Positions 38,231 to 45,885 of a stretch of 64,000 nucleotides of DNA are shown piece by piece. Position 1 is the stretch's first letter. The number at the start of each line of letters is the position of its first letter. Origin of the DNA: an uncultured Arcobacteraceae bacterium (GTDB lineage Bacteria; Campylobacterota; Campylobacteria; Campylobacterales; Arcobacteraceae); contig CAXHZO010000002.1 of the NCBI GenBank assembly GCA_964022095.1, forward strand, positions 32,001-96,000. Reading direction: 5' to 3'. The notes beneath the pieces were generated by a model. It saw only the letters and a program-made list of their open reading frames with translations, was not told the origin of the DNA and did no database searches. The translations under genes were made by a program, and so were the position numbers.

Positions 38231-40620
38231 TACTCTTCACTCCATAATAATTCTATTTCTAAATCAAATATATCTTTTCTTCTTGGTTTTATAAATATCT
38301 CTTCAATTTCATAATTTGAGATTTTATACTCTTCATTAATCTCTTCAATACTAGTTTCTAACTCTTTTTGAAGACCTACAATTTCATCTTGCATAACTTG
38401 TATATCTTCTTTTACATATTTAACATCATTTCTTTCTTTCATGATTTTACCAGCTTTTCTAGCACTTGTAGCAACTTTTCCTATATTAGTCTTAGAAACT
38501 AGTGACTTACCAAAAAATGCTCCTATAATTGATGTACCAATAGATATAATTGTATCAGTTGTAGTTGAACTTGCTTGTGCTTCTTCTTTTTCTAATTTAT
38601 CATATAAAGACTCTAGTTTTTTCTCTAATGATTTTTCGTTTTTTTCAAACTTTTCTTGAAGCTTTTCTACTTGTTCATCTATTGATTCATTTAATCTATC
38701 TTGCATTCTAATTTTAAAATCTTCATATGATTCATTTTGTTTTGAAACTAATTTTAATTTTTTGTTTGAAAATAGAGTTAATTTTTTATTTCTATAAATA
38801 AAATTACTAAACTCTTTTTGTAAAGCTTTTATTTCACTATCATTTTGAATAAATGTAGGAATATCATAAAAGTTTGAATTAGGTCTATTTTTACTTTCAT
38901 AATTTAAAGACTCTAAAGTTTCTAATTCCTCAAAATTTAACTCTTGTACTTTTTTATTAAGATAGTATTTATATTTAAACTCTTGTTTGTCATCTATATT
39001 TTTTGAAGTATTAACAAAATGAACTTTACAACATAGTGTTAAATAAGGCTGTAAATAGTAACTATCACTTTGAGATACATAATTATACTTTTGAGGTAAA
39101 TTATTAGCAAGAATAGGCTTTATTGTGTTTTTAGACTCATGATTTGGTGCTTGTCTTTTTATATCTTGTTTTTCTTGAATATTATTTGAACTAGGGGCTA
39201 TAAATGATTTGATTTTTTCAATCTTTTCACTCATTAGTTTTTTTATATCATCTTTTGAAATAGGACCTTTTAGATATGATAGAACCCATCTTGTTTTAAA
39301 TATTTTAATTCCATCTTCATTTATATTTTTCATTATAAAGGTTCTTTTTTCTAAATTAGAAATTAGTTTTGAGATTTCACTTTTATTAATAGCACCTTCA
39401 TTTGCTGAACTTAGTCCATCTATAACTTTTTCAATGTCTTGTTTTGTTTGTAGTCTTCCTATAAACCAAGTACCAATATTTGATAAACCTTTGTAATCTA
39501 TATCAACAGGGTTTTGTGTTGATAAAATAACACCAATACCAAAAGATCTAGCTTGTTTTAAAAGAGTAAGCATTGGTTGTTTAGATGGTGGGTTTTTTGA
39601 AGGTGGAAAGTATCCAAATATTTCATCCATATAAAGTAGGGCTTTTAATGAACTGGTACCTTCTTGTCTTCTCATCCATGAAACCATTTGATTTAATAAA
39701 AGTGAAACAAAGAACATTCTTTGGGAATCATTTAAATGTGCAATTGAAAAAATTGATACTTTTGCTTTTCCATTTTCGTCATATAATAAATTTGAAATAT
39801 CTAAAGGCTGACCTTCAATCCATTGTTTAAATGATGGGTTTGCAATAATTGTATTTAGTTTTAATGCAAGTTTTAATCTATCATCTTGTGTAAAGAACGT
39901 TTCTAAATCAAATATTCCCACTTTTGAAAAAGGAGGAGTAACTATAAGTGTAATTAACTCTTCTAAACTTAAGTCTTTGTTTTGTGTGTAGTAATTCATA
40001 AATATTGAAGATATTAGTATAAACTCTTTTGATGTAGTGTCATTTTTTTCATCAATTAATGAAAGAATAGAAGATACAGTTGAATTAACTAATGAAACTA
40101 ATAAGTCGTGATCTTGTAAAACTTCATTTGATGGAGATTTAAAAGTAGAAAGAATTGATATTTGAACACCTGAACTACTTCCTGGAGTATAAATAGTAAA
40201 ATCAGCACTATCTTTTAGTTTTTGAATTCTACTTTTATTTTGATGATCTCCTGTAATTCCTTTTTCCCAAAGTTGAGCAGTTTTTTGTGCTTGCTCTTGC
40301 AGTGTAACACCATTGTTTATTGCATCTTGCTCTTCTATCCAAGGTTCAAAGTCACTACCTTTTAGTTGAGGAAATGTCAAAAGTAAATTCCCCATATCAC
40401 CTTTTGGGTCAATAATAATAGAAGGTATATTATCAATAGCAGCTTCTTCTAATAATGAAATACCAAGTCCAGTTTTACCACTACCTGTCATACCAATAAT
40501 AGCTGCGTGTGTTCTTAAGTCTTTGTTTTTATAAACTAGTGGAACAGTTGTTTCATCATCTAGTTTTTCTTTTCCTATGTAAAAAAGTTTTAGTTTTTCA
40601 TAGTCAAATGTGCTACTCAT
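38230..40620 (-). CDS. HerA/FtsK-superfamily ATPase (DUF87/DUF853-like) with C-terminal coiled coil
   Basis: GMTGSGKT, IDPKGD, LYMDE and QARSFG...STQNP. Confidence 0.85.
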   Translation of the reverse strand: MSSTFDYEKLKLFYIGKEKLDDETTVPLVYKNKDLRTHAAIIGMTGSGKTGLGISLLEEAAIDNIPSIIIDPKGDMGNLLLTFPQLKGSDFEPWIEEQDAINNGVTLQEQAQKTAQLWEKGITGDHQNKSRIQKLKDSADFTIYTPGSSSGVQISILSTFKSPSNEVLQDHDLLVSLVNSTVSSILSLIDEKNDTTSKEFILISSIFMNYYTQNKDLSLEELITLIVTPPFSKVGIFDLETFFTQDDRLKLALKLNTIIANPSFKQWIEGQPLDISNLLYDENGKAKVSIFSIAHLNDSQRMFFVSLLLNQMVSWMRRQEGTSSLKALLYMDEIFGYFPPSKNPPSKQPMLTLLKQARSFGIGVILSTQNPVDIDYKGLSNIGTWFIGRLQTKQDIEKVIDGLSSANEGAINKSEISKLISNLEKRTFIMKNINEDGIKIFKTRWVLSYLKGPISKDDIKKLMSEKIEKIKSFIAPSSNNIQEKQDIKRQAPNHESKNTIKPILANNLPQKYNYVSQSDSYYLQPYLTLCCKVHFVNTSKNIDDKQEFKYKYYLNKKVQELNFEELETLESLNYESKNRPNSNFYDIPTFIQNDSEIKALQKEFSNFIYRNKKLTLFSNKKLKLVSKQNESYEDFKIRMQDRLNESIDEQVEKLQEKFEKNEKSLEKKLESLYDKLEKEEAQASSTTTDTIISIGTSIIGAFFGKSLVSKTNIGKVATSARKAGKIMKERNDVKYVKEDIQVMQDEIVGLQKELETSIEEINEEYKISNYEIEEIFIKPRRKDIFDLEIELLWSEE

Positions 40621-40655
40621 AATATACCTTTGAAAAAATTTGATTTGATTATAGC

Positions 40656-40692
40656 AAAAAAAAAGTGAATGCCTAAATAGACATTCACTTTT
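40656..40692 (-). terminator. intrinsic terminator after the YegP-family gene
   Basis: AAAAGTGAATG..CATTCACTTTT hairpin with a 9-nt U tract on the minus strand. Confidence 0.75.
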
Positions 40693-40714
40693 ATGTATTG
40701 TGTTTTATTAAGAC

Positions 40715-41041
40715 TTATTCTTCAATAATCTCTGCATCTGCACTATCAGCTTTTAATTCAGCAATTGCAGCACTTCTTTCAGATTCATCAGCAAATAAAG
40801 CACTAGTACCTACTATTTGACCATTTGTTGATTTGATGTTAAAAAATGCTTTTCCATTTGATGACTCTTTTAACTCATATCTTGCATCTTCTTGACAGTT
40901 TTTCTTAACTGATTCAATACCATTTTTAGCACTAGCTTTTTGAGCATAGTTTTCACTCTTTACAATTGTTTTACCTTCTGCATTTACAAATATAAATGAA
41001 AATGGCTCTTTCGCATCACTTTTTCTAAGTTTAATTGTCAT
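40715..41041 (-). CDS. YegP (DUF1508 x2) family protein
   Basis: two repeats: SE.Y....A.NGIESVK and FNIKSTNGQIVGTS. Confidence 0.88.
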   Translation of the reverse strand: MTIKLRKSDAKEPFSFIFVNAEGKTIVKSENYAQKASAKNGIESVKKNCQEDARYELKESSNGKAFFNIKSTNGQIVGTSALFADESERSAAIAELKADSADAEIIEE

Positions 41042-41114
41042 CGTATTTCCTTGTAATTAAATTTATAACTATTTTATTTAAACATAATTTAAAAAGTTCT
41101 TATTTTAATAGTAA

Positions 41115-41645
41115 TTAAAAGAACTTTTTAGCCATTCCCATTAAATCATCAACAACATCACCATCTTTATCTTGGTCAATAAAGTTTGTAAGCATTGAAG
41201 TTATATTATTTGTATTTGATGTATCCATTGCTCCTAAGTTAGTTTGTTTATTTAGTGCTCCCATAACAATAGGTGCAAGCATAGGAATTAATGAAGATAT
41301 AGATGATGCATCAACTCCACTTTTAGAACTAAGATTATTTACAACATCACTCTCATTTTCATCTAATGAAGAAAAAAGTTCACCAGTCATATTAGTAGTA
41401 TCAAGATTTTCAATCTCTTGTGGATTTGAAGCGAGGTTATCTAGATTTACATTTGAAATCATATCAATTAAGTTTGATGAGTCCCCATCACTTGCTAGAT
41501 TTGCTTTAGCACCATTTAATAATTGTGGTGCTAAATCTTGAACTAGACCTTGTAGTGAGGCTGTATCAATTCCTGTTTTTGATGATAAAGAATTAACAAC
41601 ATTATCACTTAATCCTGATTCTAAAATAGTATTAAGAATATTCAT
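41115..41645 (-). CDS. DUF937 family protein
   Basis: duplicated LS.K.G.D helices, LAPIVMGAL, and C-terminal DQDKDGDVVDDL.GM.KKFF. Confidence 0.78.
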   Translation of the reverse strand: MNILNTILESGLSDNVVNSLSSKTGIDTASLQGLVQDLAPQLLNGAKANLASDGDSSNLIDMISNVNLDNLASNPQEIENLDTTNMTGELFSSLDENESDVVNNLSSKSGVDASSISSLIPMLAPIVMGALNKQTNLGAMDTSNTNNITSMLTNFIDQDKDGDVVDDLMGMAKKFF

Positions 41646-41740
41646 TTTATATGCTCCTTTAAGTTTATAATTATAAAAATTATATCATAAAAGACAATAA
41701 AGTAGAGAAGTTTAACTGTATATTTTGAAGTTTTAGGGGG

Positions 41741-41777
41741 ATAAAAATATATAGAAAAAATTTCTATATATTTTTAT
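41741..41777. terminator. 17-bp AT-rich hairpin downstream of carbonic anhydrase
   Basis: ATAAAAATATATAGAAA-aaa-TTTCTATATATTTTTAT. Confidence 0.55.
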
Positions 41778-41778
41778 A

Positions 41779-42543
41779 TTAGTCTAAGATATATCTAGAG
41801 TTAGTCTCTTGGATAGGTCTATTGTTTTTAGGCATAGCATTTTGAAAGTCTGCTAATTGACTTTTTGAAATTGTAACTGAATCTTTTAATACAACCCATC
41901 TAACACCTTCACTACAAGGAGGAGTTGTTAAAGAACCTAAGAATGTATAGTAGTCTTTGCTTTGAGGTAACATTTCATAACCTTCAACAACAGATTTAAT
42001 CTCTTTAGATACTTTTTCACCATCTTCACTTAGTTCTGGTAGGTTTCTTAATAATTTATTTAAAGTAATGTTATCTTCATTAGACTCTTCAAACATTACA
42101 CCAATTACTGCTAAATTATTGTATGAATCAGCATGTACAAAATGCGCTTCCATTGGGTATGATTTACCATCTATTTGGTTTTCACTTGGAGTATGGAAAT
42201 GAACTTGTTTTAAAGAGTATTTACTATCATCAATTGTTAAATAGTTTCCACTATTAAAATTAACTTGAACAGTATGCCCATTATTTACAAAAGTAGATGC
42301 TTTAGCTTCTCCTTGTAATAAAAGTGGGCTTAAGTTTGCATCAATAGAATTAGTTATATTTATTGGTGATTGAATAACTCCATCAGCACACATATGATAT
42401 CTCTCATCTAAGCTTGCCCATTCTTTTGGACCTTCATCTTCACCATAGTTCCAATGTGCATACTCTTTTGGCTCTCCCTCACTTAAAAGTAAAGCAGCAA
42501 CAAAAACAACAAAAATAGCTATAATAGTGTTTTTTTGACTCAT
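41779..42543 (-). CDS. periplasmic alpha-class carbonic anhydrase
   Basis: HW.Y, QSPINI, NNGHT, QVHFH..SEN, EAHFVH, GSLTTPPCSE.V.W and NNRP.Q. Confidence 0.95.
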   Translation of the reverse strand: MSQKNTIIAIFVVFVAALLLSEGEPKEYAHWNYGEDEGPKEWASLDERYHMCADGVIQSPINITNSIDANLSPLLLQGEAKASTFVNNGHTVQVNFNSGNYLTIDDSKYSLKQVHFHTPSENQIDGKSYPMEAHFVHADSYNNLAVIGVMFEESNEDNITLNKLLRNLPELSEDGEKVSKEIKSVVEGYEMLPQSKDYYTFLGSLTTPPCSEGVRWVVLKDSVTISKSQLADFQNAMPKNNRPIQETNSRYILD

Positions 42544-43586
42544 TTAATTTCCTTTTCTTTTTCTTTTCTTTTAGCTTTCATTTTATTTAATGCAAGTCTT
42601 CTCATATCAGCAGTCGTATCTGACTCATCCATGATTTCAAGACCTAGCAGTGTCTCAATACAGTCTTCTAATGTAACAATCCCTTCAGTTTGATCATATG
42701 AATCATGTACTATGAACATATGCTCTTTTTTCTGGATAAACATGTTTAATGCTTTTGAAACAGGTATATTCTCATGTAAAGAAATTACAGGTTTCATAAT
42801 ACTTTCAATCACAGTGTGACTGTCATTAATTGCATGTTTAAATAGTTTTTTTGTTAAAACTATTCCTACAATATTATCAACACTACCATCATAAATAGGA
42901 ACTCTAGAAAATTTAAAAGTTCTTTTATCTTCAGTAATATCTTTAATAATTGCCTCTTTAGGTATTGCATACATAACAGACCTAGGAGTTAAAATATCTT
43001 TAACTTTAATATTGTTTAATGTTAAAGTATTTTCAATAATATCAGATTCTAAATCACCGATAATTCCTTCTTCTTCACTAAGTAAAGTAGAGTGAATTAA
43101 CTCCTCTCTAGATATTGTATCATTATTTTCTTTACCTATTTTCTTTGTAACGAATTGTGTCATAATAATTATTGGATATGTTACGAAAATAAAAAAATTT
43201 ATGATTCTTGCTGCATATGGAGCTAATTCTTTCCAATAAACTGCACCAATAGTTTTTGGTATTATTTCTGCAAAAAATAAAATCATGAATGTTAATATAA
43301 TAGATACAACCATAACTAAAGTTTTATCACCATCAAAAACATTTTGAGCTTGTACACCAATAGCAGTTGCACCTAAAGTGTTAGCAATTGTATTAAGTAT
43401 CAAAATTGAAGCAATAGAACTATCTATGTCTGTTTTTAATTTTTTTAGAAGTTTACCAGCTTTGGGATTATTATCCTCTAATACTGATATGTAAGAAATG
43501 TTCGTAGATAATAGAATAGATTCTAAGACTGAACATAAGAACGATGTACCGATAACCGCAACAAATAGTAAGACTAAAATTTCCAT
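42540..43586 (-). CDS. CNNM/CorB (DUF21-CBS) Mg2+ transport protein
   Basis: SF.CS..E, ILNTIAN, AEIIPK, TPR, SRVP and GIVTLED..E.LLG.EI.DE.D. Confidence 0.9.
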   Translation of the reverse strand: MEILVLLFVAVIGTSFLCSVLESILLSTNISYISVLEDNNPKAGKLLKKLKTDIDSSIASILILNTIANTLGATAIGVQAQNVFDGDKTLVMVVSIILTFMILFFAEIIPKTIGAVYWKELAPYAARIINFFIFVTYPIIIMTQFVTKKIGKENNDTISREELIHSTLLSEEEGIIGDLESDIIENTLTLNNIKVKDILTPRSVMYAIPKEAIIKDITEDKRTFKFSRVPIYDGSVDNIVGIVLTKKLFKHAINDSHTVIESIMKPVISLHENIPVSKALNMFIQKKEHMFIVHDSYDQTEGIVTLEDCIETLLGLEIMDESDTTADMRRLALNKMKAKRKEKEKEIK

Positions 43587-43633
43587 TTTATCTCACCTTT
43601 AAATAAACTGCACCTCGGGGAACTATCTTCCAA
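43574..43633 (-). CDS. candidate 19-aa leader peptide overlapping the CNNM start
   Basis: AAGGAG, 6 nt, then TTG; translates as MEDSSPRCSLFKGEIKWKF*. Confidence 0.35.
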   Translation of the reverse strand: MEDSSPRCSLFKGEIKWKF

Positions 43634-43711
43634 TCACTACTCCTTGTTTTTATAAATTTAATTACTAATAATATCAAAAAATACTTAATATTATTGTTTA
43701 TTTTAAAACTT

Positions 43712-43741
43712 TTGACAAAAATCACATTTTTTTTGTATAAT
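43712..43741 (+). promoter_or_regulatory. near-consensus sigma70 promoter
   Basis: TTGACA-N18-TATAAT, 40 bp upstream of the ATG at 43782. Confidence 0.6.
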
Positions 43742-43781
43742 TTCATTAGAGGGGTTATTTTTTTATTGAAAGGAGTACGTT

Positions 43782-44135
43782 ATGGAATATGGATTAATAC
43801 CAAATATTGATCAGTATACAGACAATAAATCTTTAGAAATTCAAAAAATTCAACCAAGTAATGAAACTTCAGAAGTAAGTTCAAAAAAACAATTAGAACA
43901 ACTTCAAGAAACAGTGATCCAAAAAGAAAAAGAGGTTTCAAAAGCTGAAAAAATTGAATCTCAAAATTTAAATAGTCAATACGAAGTCGTATTAGCTAAT
44001 ACAAATTTTGGATTTAATAATCAGTCTAAAGATTTTTATGTAAAAGTTCAAAGAGGAGATATTGAAAATCAGTATCCTACTGAACAAATGATGAAAATGA
44101 AAGCCTTTATGATGAATTTAGATTCTGCATCATAA
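43782..44135 (+). CDS. FlaG-like protein
   Basis: low-complexity N-terminus, then FGFN....DFYVKV...QYPTEQMMKM resembling the FlaG C-terminal motif. Confidence 0.55.
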   Translation: MEYGLIPNIDQYTDNKSLEIQKIQPSNETSEVSSKKQLEQLQETVIQKEKEVSKAEKIESQNLNSQYEVVLANTNFGFNNQSKDFYVKVQRGDIENQYPTEQMMKMKAFMMNLDSAS

Positions 44136-44146
44136 AATGGAAGAAG

Positions 44147-45526
44147 TTATTTTAAGCTAGATGCATTGATAACTTGGTTTCTTCCACTTTGTTTTGCATT
44201 ATACATTGCAATATCTGCATTGGCTAACACTTCTTTAATTTCACTATGTTTATGGGCTTCACTAACACCAAATGATGCAGTTATTTGTCGTATTTCAAAG
44301 TTTTCATTTTCTATTAATTCTTTAAGTCTTTGAGCAATTATATTAGCTTCACTTTCATTTGTATTTTTACAAATTACTAAAAACTCTTCACCACCCCATC
44401 TTCCTAAAATATCATTAGAGTTTGTATTTTCTTTTAATAATTTTGCAAGACGAATTAATACTTTATCTCCCTCTAAGTGCCCAAAAACATCATTTATTTC
44501 TTTAAAGTTATCAATATCTAATAAAATTAAAGAGTACTTTTTGTTTTTTAATTGATTTAAAATCTCATCTATTTTTCTTCTATTGTAAAGTTTTGTTAAT
44601 GAGTCGGTTGTTGATAGCTCTTGTAACTGTTTATTATACTTTTTTAAATCTTTTTGTTTAAATATATAAAAGAGTATTAAAAGTATTAGTAAAATTATTA
44701 TTTGATAAAAGTATTCATAGTCTACAAATCTTTTATCAAACTTTACAGTTAGCCATTGATTGATTAAATCAGCTTTATCTTTTAGTGTTATTTGTGCAAT
44801 ATGTTTATTTATGACACTTAGTAGTTCTGGGTAATCATTTCTTACCATAAAAGAAATATTTACTTTTTCATCACTAGTCCCAGAAATTTTAAGATTATAG
44901 TACCCATTTAATGATATTAAGTGTGCAATTACAGGTAAAATGTCAATTACTGCATCAACTTTTCCTGCACTTAGTAGTTTCATCGCTACTTCAGTGTTTT
45001 TTACAAGTATAAAATTAATTTTCGGATATCTTTTTTTCATAATTAAGTAAGAACTATAGTTTTCACCCACTGCAACTCTTTTACCTTCTAAAAAAGAACC
45101 ATTTGGTATAAATCTTTTATCAAATAGTGTTGCAAAGGCAATAGGAAAAGAGATATAAGGGGTTGAAAATTGAGCATAAGATTTCTTTTGACTATCATAT
45201 GTTGTTCCTAACGTTATATCAGCTTCTTTCTTCTTAATTGAATCTAAAACATCATTCCAATCTTTAGCAATAATTGTATCTGATTTAATTCCTGCTCTTT
45301 GAGAAATTAAGTTCCAAAAATCAACAGCAATTCCTGATAATTTTTCTTCTTTATTATTCATGTTTATAGGTGCCCAAGTTTTCGAAGAAATTACTTTTAT
45401 ATTGGTATTTTCAATAAAACTTTTTTCTTCATTCGATAGTGAAATATATGATGCTACATCTTCTTGAGAATAGGCTATATTTATAAGAATCAATAAAGAA
45501 CTAATTAATTTAGTAAAACTTTTCAT
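44147..45526 (-). CDS. diguanylate cyclase with periplasmic solute-binding (PBPb) sensor
   Basis: signal peptide, WAP..GIAVD SBP domain, TM; TD.LT.L.NRR, DIDNFK.IND.FGH and GGEEF. Confidence 0.9.
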   Translation of the reverse strand: MKSFTKLISSLLILINIAYSQEDVASYISLSNEEKSFIENTNIKVISSKTWAPINMNNKEEKLSGIAVDFWNLISQRAGIKSDTIIAKDWNDVLDSIKKKEADITLGTTYDSQKKSYAQFSTPYISFPIAFATLFDKRFIPNGSFLEGKRVAVGENYSSYLIMKKRYPKINFILVKNTEVAMKLLSAGKVDAVIDILPVIAHLISLNGYYNLKISGTSDEKVNISFMVRNDYPELLSVINKHIAQITLKDKADLINQWLTVKFDKRFVDYEYFYQIIILLILLILFYIFKQKDLKKYNKQLQELSTTDSLTKLYNRRKIDEILNQLKNKKYSLILLDIDNFKEINDVFGHLEGDKVLIRLAKLLKENTNSNDILGRWGGEEFLVICKNTNESEANIIAQRLKELIENENFEIRQITASFGVSEAHKHSEIKEVLANADIAMYNAKQSGRNQVINASSLK

Positions 45527-45536
45527 GTGTGCCTTT

Positions 45537-45881
45537 TTATAATATCTTACTGTTTAAATCTATTAAAATATTTTTAGCTTTATAGTATTTGTCTTTTTCT
45601 TCAAAATCTACATCATCCAACAAAGGAACATATTTTTCAAAAGCAGGCCAAACTTTTTTATATCCATTTGGTCTTTTTTTTATATGATATAAAGCAAGTG
45701 CTGTTGCACCATTTATTAAACCTTTTAAAACAAGGGCTTTATTTTTTAAGCCTTGTTTTTTATACTTATTCCAATCATCTTCAAGTAATTCATGGGCCTG
45801 TACATAATAGCCATTTTGTATTGCAAATATAAATCTATCAATTGCAGTTTTTTGTTTAAAAATTGTATAGTCTATTTTCAT
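45537..45881 (-). CDS. DUF309 family protein
   Basis: G.Y..AHE.LE..W and KGLI..A.AL.H. Confidence 0.8.
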   Translation of the reverse strand: MKIDYTIFKQKTAIDRFIFAIQNGYYVQAHELLEDDWNKYKKQGLKNKALVLKGLINGATALALYHIKKRPNGYKKVWPAFEKYVPLLDDVDFEEKDKYYKAKNILIDLNSKIL

Positions 45882-45885
45882 AAAA

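Noticed and set aside
43590-43650. yybP-ykoY (Mn2+) riboswitch upstream of the CNNM gene
   Set aside because: GGAGTAG resembles the motif start, but the segment is too short and I could not build the four-way junction.
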